NCBI GenBank assembly: GCA_965208575.1
Contig: CBDBOV010000002.1
Span: forward strand, 320,001-384,000
DNA length: 64,000 bases
Source of the DNA: Spirochaetia bacterium
GTDB lineage: Bacteria > Spirochaetota > Spirochaetia > SZUA-6 > Bin103
Direction: 5' to 3'
Positions 1-9,739 of the stretch are shown here, piece after piece (position 1 is the first letter of the stretch; each line of letters starts with the position of its first letter). The translations under genes and the position numbers were made by a program. The notes beneath the pieces are model-generated. The model saw nothing but the letters and a program-made list of their open reading frames with translations. It searched no databases and was not told where the DNA came from.

Positions 1-435
1 CAGTGCGAGTCAGACTGTCAGAAGCGCGCGGCGTGTGACTTAAGGGCTCACGCCCCTCACGCCGCGCGCACGTACGGTTCTTTGAGTACCAATTTGCGCC
101 TCCGATGGGCCGGCAACAGCCGGCGGGGTTGTGGTGAATGAAGGAGGTGGAGCGACGAGTGAGATTGACCGGCGACGCCGGCGGTGGTGAAGGCGACGGC
201 GCGCGCGCTTTCGCGTACGTGGCGACCGGCCGGAGCGGTTAAAGGTTTACCGAATAAAAAATTGCGGGGGGAGGCAGAGGATTGTACTGGCTGCCTTGCC
301 GGCAACCGGTCACTACACTGGCTGTGATGGTGACGACTCATCCCGATCCGCCTCTTTCTGAACGCGGCATGGTCGCACGCGGGCGGCATCCTGTCAATCT
401 CCCGTTGGAGCGATACTTGCGCCGGCGCGGGTCGG

Positions 436-846
436 TCAGTCTTGACACATGTGGAGTGTCATGTGCGATCGGAACCAGTCGGCGAGTGCGGTTTCACTGA
501 CGCGGCCGGAGGCGACGCCTTCCATGGTGCGGATGGCGTCGGCGGGGTCGAATTCGAGGCGCCTGCCGTTGTCGGCAAGGAACAGGCGCGCGGTAACCCA
601 CGCGGTACGCTTGTTGCCGTCGAGGAAGCCGTGGTTCTTGGCGATTCCGTATGCGTACGCCGCTGCCAGGTCCGCCGCGTCCGGGTCCCGGTAGCGCGCG
701 AGGTGGGCGGGCCGGGCCAGTGCGGACTCCACCATGCCCGGATCGCGAATTCCGTCCATGCCGCCGTGCTCGGCGAGTTGGCGATCATGGATCGCGTAGA
801 CGACGTCCCTTGCAGCCCAATTCCATGCGCCGCCGCCGCCGCTCAC
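436..846 (-). CDS. doc: Death-on-curing (Doc/Fic) family toxin
   Basis: Fic/Doc motif HGFLDGNKRTA; N-terminal IHDRQLAEHGG..GIRD..ESAL typical of Doc; 4-nt overlap with upstream antitoxin. Confidence 0.93.
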   Translation of the reverse strand: MSGGGGAWNWAARDVVYAIHDRQLAEHGGMDGIRDPGMVESALARPAHLARYRDPDAADLAAAYAYGIAKNHGFLDGNKRTAWVTARLFLADNGRRLEFDPADAIRTMEGVASGRVSETALADWFRSHMTLHMCQD

Positions 847-1070
847 TTGGCCAGCGCCCGCAGCACCTCACGGTCGTCGTGCATGATCTCTTCGGCCAGG
901 CCCATCTGCCGGGCGAAAGTGGGATCATACGGGGTCAGCCGAAAGGCGCCGTCCGGGGCCTCGGTCAGGTAGAGCGTGTCACCCTTCCTGACCCCGAGCC
1001 GGGCCAGCGCCGCCTTGGTGAGGATAACGCCGGACGATGCACCTACGGTGGTTACCTTGAATGAGAGCAT
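843..1070 (-). CDS. AbrB/MazE-type antitoxin
   Basis: KVTTVGASSGVIL...LGVRKGDTLYL swapped-hairpin pattern; ATG at 1070 with GAGG RBS; coupled to doc. Confidence 0.88.
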   Translation of the reverse strand: MLSFKVTTVGASSGVILTKAALARLGVRKGDTLYLTEAPDGAFRLTPYDPTFARQMGLAEEIMHDDREVLRALAK

Positions 1071-1084
1071 CTCTACCTCGCACA

Positions 1085-1103
1085 CATTATAATGTTCATT
1101 ATA
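1085..1103. promoter_or_regulatory. Palindromic operator / -10 region of TA operon
   Basis: TATAATG-TT-CATTATA inverted repeat (1088-1103) plus CATTATAATG palindrome just upstream of the antitoxin; AT-rich in a high-GC context. Confidence 0.65.
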
Positions 1104-1113
1104 TGATTGACGG

Positions 1114-2748
1114 TCAACGCGGGTCAGGCGCGCGCGGATTGCGGTCGAGGGAGTCGTTGCGGTAGTGGCAGCCGGCGCTGCGCGGGTTGCGCAGGGCGGC
1201 GTAGGTGATCAGCAGCGCGGTCTGCACGGCGTTGCGCAGCGCCAACAGGCGCGGGGTGAGGGCATTGTCGGCGTAGAAGCCGTCGATCTCGCTCTTCAGC
1301 TCGCGCAGCAGGTGGCTGGCGCGGTCGAGGCGCTTGGTGGTGCGCACCAGGCCGACGTAGTGCCACATGGTGTTGCGGATCACGCCCAGATCCTGGGTGA
1401 TCAGTTCGTCGTCCGGCTCGGCGGACGCCATCTCCCAGGGACGCACCGCGGGCAGGTGGAAGTCGGCCCCGGCGGCGATCTCGGCGGCGTGCCGGCGGGC
1501 GGCGGATGCGCCCATCACCACGCACTCCAGCAGCGAGGTGCTGGCCAGCCGGTTGGCGCCGTGCAGCCCGGTGCAGGCGGTCTCGCCGATGGCGCTCAGG
1601 TGGGCGATGTTGGTGTTGCCGGCCATGTCGGTGTGGATGCCGCCGCACGAGTAGTGCGCGGCCGGCACCACCGGGATCGGTTCGCGGGTCATGTCGACGC
1701 CGGCGGCCAGCAGGCGGGCGTTGATGGTGGGAAAGCGGCGGCGCGCATAGTCGGCGTCGACGCCGGCCAGGTCGATGTACACGGTGTCGCTCGCCCCGCG
1801 CAGCAGCTCGGAGTGGATGGAGCGGGAGATCACGTCGCGCGGCGCCAGCGAGCCGTCGGGGTGGTAGCGCTCCATGAACGCCTCGCCCTGCCGGTTGATC
1901 AGCACGCCGCCCTCGCCGCGCACCGCCTCGGAAACCAGGAACGGGCGCTCGCCGCGGCGGTGGAACACGGTGGGATGGAACTGCACGTACTCCATGTCGA
2001 TGACGCGCGCGCCGACCCGGTAGGCCATCGCCACGCCGTGGCCGTAGGCGCCGGCGTCGTTGGTGCTGTGCAGGTAGACCTGGCCGAGGCCGCCGGTGGC
2101 CAGCACGGTCTTCTTCGCCATGATCGGACGCACCTCGCCGGCGGCCACGTCCAGTACGTGCGCGCCGATGCAGCTCAGCGGCCGGTAGCGGTCGAGAAAG
2201 TCCACCGAGCTGTGCGACAGGGTGAGCAGGTCGACCGCGAAGCAGCCGGTGGCCACGGTCAGGCTGCCGCCGCCGGGCAGGGTGCCGGCCGCGGCCAGCT
2301 CCGCCAGCCGCCGGTGCAGGGCGGTCAGGATGGCGCGCCCGGTGTGGTCCTTGGCGTAGATGATGCGGTGGCGGGAGTGCGACGCCTCGCGGGTGAAGCG
2401 CAGCGCGCCGCCGCCGTCGCGGTCGAAGGCCACCTGCAGATCGTCGATCAGCAACTCGCGCACCAGGCGCGGGCCGTCGCGCACGATGGCGTCCACGGCG
2501 GCGGGGTTGGCGGAGTGGCCGCTGGCGGTGTCGATGTCGGCGCGCAGCAGGTCGCCGTCGCCATGATCATGGACGTCGTAGATGATGCCGCCCTGCGCCC
2601 ACAGGCTGTTGCTGGCGGTCAGTTCGCGGGCGCCGGTGATCAGGGTCACGTGCAGGCCGGCGCGGGCGGCCTGCACGGCGTACACCGCGCCGGCGGCGCC
2701 GGCGCCGATCACCAGGCAGTCGGTGCGGGCGGGTGTCGCGGCAGTCAT
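1114..2748 (-). CDS. nadB: L-aspartate oxidase
   Basis: GAGAAG FAD motif, SNSLWAQGGI, EASHS, VQFHPT, SEAVRGEG, AAHYSCGG, HGANRLASTSL; ATG at 2748 overlaps nadC stop (the ORF-track start is over-extended). Confidence 0.95.
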   Translation of the reverse strand: MTAATPARTDCLVIGAGAAGAVYAVQAARAGLHVTLITGARELTASNSLWAQGGIIYDVHDHGDGDLLRADIDTASGHSANPAAVDAIVRDGPRLVRELLIDDLQVAFDRDGGGALRFTREASHSRHRIIYAKDHTGRAILTALHRRLAELAAAGTLPGGGSLTVATGCFAVDLLTLSHSSVDFLDRYRPLSCIGAHVLDVAAGEVRPIMAKKTVLATGGLGQVYLHSTNDAGAYGHGVAMAYRVGARVIDMEYVQFHPTVFHRRGERPFLVSEAVRGEGGVLINRQGEAFMERYHPDGSLAPRDVISRSIHSELLRGASDTVYIDLAGVDADYARRRFPTINARLLAAGVDMTREPIPVVPAAHYSCGGIHTDMAGNTNIAHLSAIGETACTGLHGANRLASTSLLECVVMGASAARRHAAEIAAGADFHLPAVRPWEMASAEPDDELITQDLGVIRNTMWHYVGLVRTTKRLDRASHLLRELKSEIDGFYADNALTPRLLALRNAVQTALLITYAALRNPRSAGCHYRNDSLDRNPRAPDPR

Positions 2749-3584
2749 TGCAGGCCGAGGAAGTCGAGCCCCAGGTCGGGGCGGCGCGGCGCGGCGGTGA
2801 TGGCGCTGGTGGACAGGAAGTCCGCCCCGGCGGCGGCGTAGGCGGCCAGCGACTCGGCGGTGACGCCGCCGGACACCTCCACGATGGCCCGTCCCGCGAT
2901 CACGGCGACCGCTTCGCGCACCTGCTCGGGAGTCATGTTGTCGAGCAGGATCACGTCGGCGCCGGCGGCGGCGGCCTCGCGCACCTGGGCCAGGGTGTCG
3001 GCCTCCACCTCGATGCGGGCGACGTGCGGCGCCTGCGCGCGGGCGCTCCGTACCGCGGCGGCGACGCCGCCGGCCACCGCGACGTGGTTGTCCTTGATCA
3101 TGACGCAGTCGGCGAGCGAGGCGCGGTGGTTGCGCCCGCCGCCGCAACGCACCGCGTACTTCTCCAGTTCGCGCAGGCCGGGGGTGGTCTTGCGCGTGTC
3201 GCACACCGCCGCCGCGGTGCCACGCAGCCGGTCGGCATAGGCGCGGGTCGTGGTGGCGATGCCGGACAGGTGCTGCAGCAGGTTGAGGGCGGTGCGCTCT
3301 GCCGCCAGGATCGGCCGCGCGGCGCCCGAAACGTACAGCACGCGGTCGCCGGGGCCGGCGTCGGTGCCGTCGGCGAGCGCCGGCTCCACGTTCAGGTCGG
3401 CGTCGAGGCGCCAGAACACGGCGGCGGCGATCTCGGCGCCGCACACCACCAGCGCCTCGCGCGCCACCACCGCCACCCGGCACTCGCTGCCGGCCGGCAC
3501 CACGGCGCTGCCGGTGACATCACCCAGCCCCAGATCCTCCTCCAGGGCGGTCTCGATCACCCGCCGCGCCGACAACGGGATCAC
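2745..3584 (-). CDS. nadC: Nicotinate-nucleotide pyrophosphorylase (carboxylating)
   Basis: ALEEDLG.GDVT, DTRKTTPGLR, MIKDNH, IEVEAD, ILLDNM motifs. Confidence 0.97.
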   Translation of the reverse strand: MIPLSARRVIETALEEDLGLGDVTGSAVVPAGSECRVAVVAREALVVCGAEIAAAVFWRLDADLNVEPALADGTDAGPGDRVLYVSGAARPILAAERTALNLLQHLSGIATTTRAYADRLRGTAAAVCDTRKTTPGLRELEKYAVRCGGGRNHRASLADCVMIKDNHVAVAGGVAAAVRSARAQAPHVARIEVEADTLAQVREAAAAGADVILLDNMTPEQVREAVAVIAGRAIVEVSGGVTAESLAAYAAAGADFLSTSAITAAPRRPDLGLDFLGLQ

Positions 3585-4603
3585 GTCAATTCGAACATCC
3601 GGTCGATGGAGCGCAGCGCCGCCACCCGCACCGTCTCGTCGAGTTCAATGATTTGGTGCGGCTGCGGATCGACCAGCACGTCGCGGATCTTCTGCAGGCT
3701 GTTGAGCTTCATGTGCGGACACAGCCGGCAGGAGCCGACGAACTGCTTGCCGGGGTTTTCTACTTCGACGCGGCTCACCAGGCCGCACTCGGTGAGCAGC
3801 ATGAAGTAGGTGGCGTCGGTGTCGCGCACGTACTCCATCATCTTGCCGGTGCTGCCGACGAAGTCGCTCGCCGCGGTCACCTCCGGGGTGCACTCCGGGT
3901 GGCTCACCACCTTGACCCCCGGGAAGCGGGCGCGCGCCTCATCGATCGCGCCGGCGGTGAACTGGTCGTGCACCAGGCAGGTGCCGTCGGAACTGTGGAT
4001 TACCTTGTCGATGCCGCGCGCCGCCATCTCGCGGGCGATGTTGGCCGCCATCAGGCGGTCGGGCACGAACAGGATCTCGCGCTCCGGCAGCCGCTCGATG
4101 ATGCGGTACACGTTGGCCGACGTCACGCACACGTCGCTGACCGCCTTCACCTCCGCCGAACTGTTGATGTAGCACACCACCGCCGCTTCCGGGTGGCGCG
4201 CCTTGAGAGCGGTCAGCTCGGCGCCGGTCAGGGAGTCGGCGAGCGAGCAGCCGGAGGCGATGTCGGGCACCAGCACCTGCGCGTCGGGGCACAGGATCTT
4301 GGCGGTCTCGGCCATGAACACCACGCCGGCGAACACGATCACGTCGGCGTCGGAGTTGCGCGCCTCCAGGCTGAGCGCGTAGGAGTCGCTCTTGAAGTCC
4401 GCCACGCCGTAGACGATCTCCGGGTCGACGTAGGAGTGGGCCAGGATGATGGCGTTCCGTTCCGCCTTCAGGCGGCCTATCTCGCAGATCAGCGGGGCGA
4501 CCTCGTGGCAGCGCTCCAGGGTCCATTGCGCGCCCGGCTGACACTCCACGTGCAGCAGATTCGAGAACAGCCGTTCCGCTTCCTGTGCCACGGCGGTAGC
4601 CAT
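3581..4603 (-). CDS. nadA: Quinolinate synthase
   Basis: ILAHSY, GVVFMAETAKIL, GCSLAD, YINSSAEVKA, HPEC, C..CPHMK; in nad operon. Confidence 0.96.
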   Translation of the reverse strand: MATAVAQEAERLFSNLLHVECQPGAQWTLERCHEVAPLICEIGRLKAERNAIILAHSYVDPEIVYGVADFKSDSYALSLEARNSDADVIVFAGVVFMAETAKILCPDAQVLVPDIASGCSLADSLTGAELTALKARHPEAAVVCYINSSAEVKAVSDVCVTSANVYRIIERLPEREILFVPDRLMAANIAREMAARGIDKVIHSSDGTCLVHDQFTAGAIDEARARFPGVKVVSHPECTPEVTAASDFVGSTGKMMEYVRDTDATYFMLLTECGLVSRVEVENPGKQFVGSCRLCPHMKLNSLQKIRDVLVDPQPHQIIELDETVRVAALRSIDRMFELT

Positions 4604-4624
4604 CGCGGTTAACCGTCTAGATAC

Positions 4625-5473
4625 TCACGCCTTTGCGCCCGTGTCAACGCCGTCCAGGGCGGCGGATTGCGGCGGATTCGAGGGAAGCGGCAGCCGGACG
4701 CCGTGGCGGCTCACTCTTGCGGCGGCTTGGGGGCGGTACAGCAGATTCCCGATCAGCCACGGAACTCGCGGCGGCGAGCCTGCACGGTCGAGGTGGCGGG
4801 CCCAGGCCTCGAGATAGTCGCGGAATGTTGCGCTCGCGCAGGGATCCCAGCAGTTCAGCCGGCCGCAGTCGCGCCACAGCGAGGGGTCGTCCAGGAACGG
4901 CCGCAGGAGGCTTCCGGCGATCACGCCGTTGCGTTCGCGTCCGTACGGGTCCGCTTCCAGGTCCGGCAGGTGATCCGCCAGCCACCGCGGCAGATCGTCC
5001 GGCCGGGGGTACCGCTCCAGGACGCGCGCCGCGTAGTCGGTAAAGTTGGGCGCGAACGCCGCCGCCTGTGCCACGCCGTGCGGAGGATCGTCGGCCCACG
5101 CCGGCGCCAGGCGGTGCAGGACGAACAGCGAGGCGAGCTCGCACAGCGCCTCGTCGAACCAGCGGTGCTTGTGCGCCCGGTGGCGGTCGAAGTTGATCAT
5201 GACGTGGCACAGCTCGTGGGCGAACTGGTAGACGTACTGGCACCAGTAGGTGTCGCGCGCGCTGAGCCGCACCTGGTAGGGCCGCCGGTCGTGGAACACG
5301 CGCGGGTTGCGGCGCCAGGGCGCCACGTGGATGGCGGCGTCGGGTGCGCGCCCGAACGCGGCCAGCAGCACCTCCGCCGCGGAGGTGAGCACGCCCCGGA
5401 TCGTCCTCAGGCTGGTCGCCCCCCAATTGCCGTTCTCGATGACCAGGAGGGGGGCGGTTTCGTCAGCCATCAC
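4625..5473 (-). CDS. Hypothetical protein with zincin HExxH motif (putative metallopeptidase)
   Basis: YQFAHELCHV followed by WFDEALCELAS (gluzincin-like third ligand); 4-nt overlap with upstream ATPase. Confidence 0.65.
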   Translation of the reverse strand: MMADETAPLLVIENGNWGATSLRTIRGVLTSAAEVLLAAFGRAPDAAIHVAPWRRNPRVFHDRRPYQVRLSARDTYWCQYVYQFAHELCHVMINFDRHRAHKHRWFDEALCELASLFVLHRLAPAWADDPPHGVAQAAAFAPNFTDYAARVLERYPRPDDLPRWLADHLPDLEADPYGRERNGVIAGSLLRPFLDDPSLWRDCGRLNCWDPCASATFRDYLEAWARHLDRAGSPPRVPWLIGNLLYRPQAAARVSRHGVRLPLPSNPPQSAALDGVDTGAKA

Positions 5474-7038
5474 TCCGCTCCGTTCAGTTTTGGCGATGCG
5501 GGCAGTGCACCCGGCCGCCCGGTCAGCTCATCGCTCAGCACGCGCTGGTAGTCGGCCAGATCCCGGCAAATCCAGCCGTCCACCTCCAGGCGGTCGCGCA
5601 GCCGCTTCGGGAACCGCGGCGCGAACAGCGCGAACTGGTGCTGCCAGCCGGTGAAGCGTCGCCCGACCCCGGTGGACAGGAACCGATCGACGTGATCGCG
5701 AAAGCCGTGCAGCGCGGCACCGTCGTGGCGCTCGGGATTGCGCTTGCAGGAGCCGAAGCGGACGCGGCGTTCCTGCTCGTTCCAGGCGATGAAGTCGATC
5801 TCCACGGATCCCGCCTGTGACCGTGGACGATTCCAGTAGCCGGCGACGCGATCGGTAATCGGAAAGTCCGAAGCATCTGCCCGGGACGCCGCCTCGGTGG
5901 CCTCGCCGACCATCCGTTCGAACGCATGTCCCTCGAGCGTGCGGAGCGCGGCGAGAGCGCGGTGCGCCACCTGCGGCGCCGGCAACACGCGCGCGGCCTG
6001 ACAGGCGGGCTGCATGACGCGCAGCCACGCGCTCAGGAATTGATCGGAGATCATGTACCGCGCCCGCCGCTGCCGCTCGCCGGCGAAGATCGGCAGTTTC
6101 CTCTCGACCAGCCGCAGGTCGCGGGTCACGGCGTTCAGGTAGGGTCCCAGCGACAGCTCCGGCAGCGCGTCGCGCAGTTCGGCGTGGGTGCAGCCCGGGC
6201 GCTCTGCCAGCGTGCGCAGGATGGCGAGGTAGTTGCGCCGCAACTCGCGAGCGAGCAGTCCCTCTCCTTCTTCTCGCAAAGGTGAGCCGGAACGCAGAAA
6301 CAAGCGCTCGCACACCTGCTGCGCCCACGACTCCCAGTCGGGGACGGCGTCCAGGCCGTCGGTTTCCGCGAAGTGGCGCCAATACTTGGGGACGCCACCG
6401 AACAGCGTCCACAGCGTCAGGCAGCGAGCCGGATCGTTCGCGCGATGTGCGCGGCACACCTCGAATATGGTGGGCAGATCCCAGGGACCGAGGGTCAGCT
6501 CGAACGTCGTGCGTCCGAACAGCGGTGCCCGCCGGTCGTGCAGCAGCGCCTCCATCTCGGTCTGCACGGAGCCCAGGACAATCAGGCCGCCCACCGCATC
6601 GCGGTCCTGGAGGCGGTCGACCTGTTCCTGCAGCAGAGACGGGAAACCGCTCAGCGGACCGCGGTGGCAGATCTGAAACTCGTCGAGGACTACGATGGTT
6701 CCGCGAGAGCAAAGCGAGCCCACCGCGGCGGCTATCGCGGGCAGGTCGCGGATCCGATCCGCCGTCTCGGTGTCCGCGGCCAGACCGGCTTCACCGAGCG
6801 CGCTGCGGAATACGGCGGCGAAGTCGGCAGGGCCGCTGTCCGGGATCCGGACGAGGAGAACCCGCGGGCCAGCCGGCTCATCTTCGGAGACGATCATCAG
6901 CGCCTGCTGGATGAGGGCGGTCTTGCCGATCCGACGGCGACCGCGGATCGCCCCGAAGAACCAGCGCCGGCGGCGCATGATCTCCAGGAGGCTGCCAAGT
7001 TCCTCCCGGCGCCCGTAGAATGACCAGGAAGCCGTCAC
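5470..7038 (-). CDS. Archaeal-type AAA ATPase with wHTH and C-terminal PD-(D/E)xK-like (DUF234-like) domain
   Basis: FYGRREEL, Walker A GRRRIGKT, Walker B VVLDEFQ, GGVPKY, C-terminal YW..EIDFIA..GSCKR; GTG start at 7038. Confidence 0.85.
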   Translation of the reverse strand: MTASWSFYGRREELGSLLEIMRRRRWFFGAIRGRRRIGKTALIQQALMIVSEDEPAGPRVLLVRIPDSGPADFAAVFRSALGEAGLAADTETADRIRDLPAIAAAVGSLCSRGTIVVLDEFQICHRGPLSGFPSLLQEQVDRLQDRDAVGGLIVLGSVQTEMEALLHDRRAPLFGRTTFELTLGPWDLPTIFEVCRAHRANDPARCLTLWTLFGGVPKYWRHFAETDGLDAVPDWESWAQQVCERLFLRSGSPLREEGEGLLARELRRNYLAILRTLAERPGCTHAELRDALPELSLGPYLNAVTRDLRLVERKLPIFAGERQRRARYMISDQFLSAWLRVMQPACQAARVLPAPQVAHRALAALRTLEGHAFERMVGEATEAASRADASDFPITDRVAGYWNRPRSQAGSVEIDFIAWNEQERRVRFGSCKRNPERHDGAALHGFRDHVDRFLSTGVGRRFTGWQHQFALFAPRFPKRLRDRLEVDGWICRDLADYQRVLSDELTGRPGALPASPKLNGAE

Positions 7039-7141
7039 GGAGTATAAGGTAATTTTTTTTCCGTTGTTGTCAAGCTGGGGCGCCGGGCAGGTTGTTGGCG
7101 TGCCGGCGCGGACGGTACGTTTGGCGCGGAGCGTTGCGGCC

Positions 7142-7915
7142 ATGAGAAACTACCTGCGCGAGAACATCGAGCGCTATCGGAGGATGGCGCGGGCGGGGGG
7201 CCCTGCCAATTACCACGACTTCTCGTCGCGCGGGTTTCTGCACGAGGTGATTCCGAGGCTGGCCCTGCACCGGGACCGCCCGCGGGTGCTGGAGTTGGGT
7301 ACGGGTATCGGTCCGGGTGCCGTCTACCTGTCCGAGCGCGGGTTCGCCGTGCACGCCGTCGACGTGATACCGGAAGCGATAGCGCAGGCGCGGCTGATCG
7401 CCGCGGAGCGCGGGCTGGACGTCTGCTTCGAGGTGATGGACGTGACCCGGATTCCCGGTCGCGGGCCGGCCTACGACCTGATCGTGGACAGTTACTGCCT
7501 GCAGGGGATCGTGCTGGACGCGGACCGGGAGGCGGTGTTCCGTGCAGTGAAGGCGCGGCTCCATCCGCGCGGCTGCTACCTGGTGAGCAGCGCCATGTAC
7601 GCCGCCAGCCGCCACCGCCCCGACCGGCAGGTGGTCGACGGGCGAACGGGCCGCGTGTTCGACCGCTACGACGGGGAGAGCCTGTTCGACCCGGCCACGG
7701 ACATCCACTACCAGCCGTACGACGGCAATGAAGGGGTCGACGGCGCGATCCGCGTCAACGGCGCATGGTACTACCCGTTCCGCCGCTACCGCACCGGCCC
7801 CCGGCTGCGCGAGGAAGTGGAGTCGTACGGCTTCAGGGTCCTCCACCAGTCCGGCGAACTGGGCCAGCACCTGGTCGCCGTCCACCAGGGGAGCGATGTG
7901 TGTCTTGCTCGATAG
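7142..7915 (+). CDS. Class I SAM-dependent methyltransferase
   Basis: VLELGTGIG motif I, AVDV, YDLIVD motif. Confidence 0.85.
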   Translation: MRNYLRENIERYRRMARAGGPANYHDFSSRGFLHEVIPRLALHRDRPRVLELGTGIGPGAVYLSERGFAVHAVDVIPEAIAQARLIAAERGLDVCFEVMDVTRIPGRGPAYDLIVDSYCLQGIVLDADREAVFRAVKARLHPRGCYLVSSAMYAASRHRPDRQVVDGRTGRVFDRYDGESLFDPATDIHYQPYDGNEGVDGAIRVNGAWYYPFRRYRTGPRLREEVESYGFRVLHQSGELGQHLVAVHQGSDVCLAR

Positions 7916-7920
7916 TGGCT

Positions 7921-7955
7921 TCGCCGGTGTCGCCAAGTGTCGCCAGTGTCGCCAC
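7921..7955. repeat. Short tandem repeat (GTGTCGCCA-like, ~4 units)
   Basis: tcgccg gtgtcgcca a gtgtcgcca gtgtcgcca in intergenic DNA. Confidence 0.6.
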
Positions 7956-8004
7956 CGCTGTATCGTACCGATTTGCCATATCTGCTAATCTGAGTTGGCG
8001 CGCC

Positions 8005-8060
8005 ATGATTGAGTCCCTGCGCCTTCGCAACGTCGGTCCGGCACCAGCGGCGCGGCTTGC
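8005..8060 (+). pseudogene. Probable N-terminal relic of an SMC/AAA_15-like ATPase
   Basis: MIESLRLRNVGPA resembles the first strand of ABC/SMC-type ATPases, but no Walker A follows. Confidence 0.35.
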
Positions 8061-8123
8061 GCCTGCGCGGGGAAGTCGGCGGGAGCTTCACCGGCCGGGA
8101 ATCCCGTGGCATCTCGTAGGTCT

Positions 8124-9416
8124 TCACGGCGCCGTGTGCGCCACCTCGGCAGGTGCGGGAGTGGCGGCGGCGAGCAGGTGGGAGCCGGACAGGGCGTCGG
8201 TGATGGCGTCGACGAACTCGGGGACGTCGTCGGGGACGCGGCCGGTGACGACGTTGCCGTCGATCATGGCAGGCCAGGCGAAGTCGTAGCGGGCGCCCAT
8301 GGTGATCACGTCGTCGCGGCAGGCGGTGAAGCCGGCGATGCGGCGCCCGTCCACCAGGTCGGCGGCGGCCAGTACGAGGGGGCCGTGGCAGATCGCCGCC
8401 ACCACCTTGCCGGCGTCGGCGGCGCGCCGGCACAGCTCCACCGGCGAGCCTTCGTCGAGGCAGTTCCAGGGGCAGAAGGCGCCCGGGATCATCACCGCGT
8501 CAAAGTCGTCGAGGCTGAGGTCAGCGAGCGGTACGACGGGATAGCGCGAGTCGTCGAGCTCCTGGAACGGCACCGACATGCCGAAGTTGCCCATGACCAC
8601 GTCCAGCCCGAGCATCGGCGGGCGCGATACCGCCGGCGCCGGGAAGGTGCCGAGGATCACCTGGGCGCCGCGCTGGTCGAACTCCATCGCCGGCACGCAC
8701 AGCTCCACGTCCTCGAAGTCCTGGCCGGCGACGATCAGGATGCGCTTGGCGGCCAGCAGGTCGACGGTGGGATCCCGCCAGTCGGGCTGGAACCAGTGCG
8801 CGATGGCGCGCACGAACTCGGGGGTGGCGTCGCTGTCGCGGGCGGTGATCAGGTTGCCGTCCACCACCACCGGCTGATCCACGAAGGCGCCGAGCCGGGA
8901 CAGGAAGGGGCGCACCACGCGGTAGCCGGTGACCCGCTGGCCGGCAACCACGCCGGCGCTCATCAGCACCATCTGGCCGCACTCCAGGGCGCCGACCAGG
9001 ACGCCGTCGCGGTAGGCCGCCGACACGAACCCCGTCACCGCCGGGTCGACGCGCAGCACGTCGGCGGAATGGCCGCCGAGCACGATCAGGGCATCCAGGT
9101 CGCCGGCGGCCTCCGTGGTGAGTTGCGCCTGGTCGCGGAATACGTGCGTGGTATAGCGGTCGCCGTGCGCCATGGTCGGAATCGGGTCGAGGCGCAGCCC
9201 GAACGTGCCCTGTACCGTGTCCGAGGTGGCGGGCCGGGTCATCTTCCAGCCTACCTCCGGCCAGCCGATCACCAGGTTGGTTACGCGCGCCCCCAGCTCG
9301 CTCAGGTACAGGTTCAGGTAGTAGGCCTGGAAGTCGCTGAACTCCGGGCCCGCCAGCAGCCCGACCCGCCTGCCGGTCAACGGCCCCCGCTTGATCCTGG
9401 CCGGTGCATCATCCAT
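8124..9416 (-). CDS. Tandem two-domain DJ-1/PfpI family protein
   Basis: Two type-1 glutamine amidotransferase-like domains; second has FEDVEL and AAICHGP; both end in V.DGN..T.R. Confidence 0.88.
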   Translation of the reverse strand: MDDAPARIKRGPLTGRRVGLLAGPEFSDFQAYYLNLYLSELGARVTNLVIGWPEVGWKMTRPATSDTVQGTFGLRLDPIPTMAHGDRYTTHVFRDQAQLTTEAAGDLDALIVLGGHSADVLRVDPAVTGFVSAAYRDGVLVGALECGQMVLMSAGVVAGQRVTGYRVVRPFLSRLGAFVDQPVVVDGNLITARDSDATPEFVRAIAHWFQPDWRDPTVDLLAAKRILIVAGQDFEDVELCVPAMEFDQRGAQVILGTFPAPAVSRPPMLGLDVVMGNFGMSVPFQELDDSRYPVVPLADLSLDDFDAVMIPGAFCPWNCLDEGSPVELCRRAADAGKVVAAICHGPLVLAAADLVDGRRIAGFTACRDDVITMGARYDFAWPAMIDGNVVTGRVPDDVPEFVDAITDALSGSHLLAAATPAPAEVAHTAP

Positions 9417-9739
9417 CGCTTGCCTCCCGCGGAGCGCGCATCCGCCCCCTCTTGCTGCCTACCATACCCGGTGCACGGGACCGATAGTCAAAACCTCCAC
9501 GCCGCTCGCGGGTCTGGGAGCCGTCGTACTCGAAGGACGGAACGTCTTGATCAGGCTCCGCGGCAAAGTCGTCATACAGCCGAAGCAGTCCGCGGCAGGT
9601 CTCGTAACCCTCGCTCATCGATCCTCCCCAACGTCGGGTCGACCGGCCCGGTCTCGCCGGAACGATCGCGCGACCCAGAGCATACAGCGGCGTCAGGGAC
9701 CAGCGTAGATCCCGTGCCCCGAGTGACCTTCGCGATCCG

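Noticed and set aside
1-435. ORFs 57-389 and 282-500
   Set aside because: Atypical composition and no motifs; the region looks intergenic or regulatory
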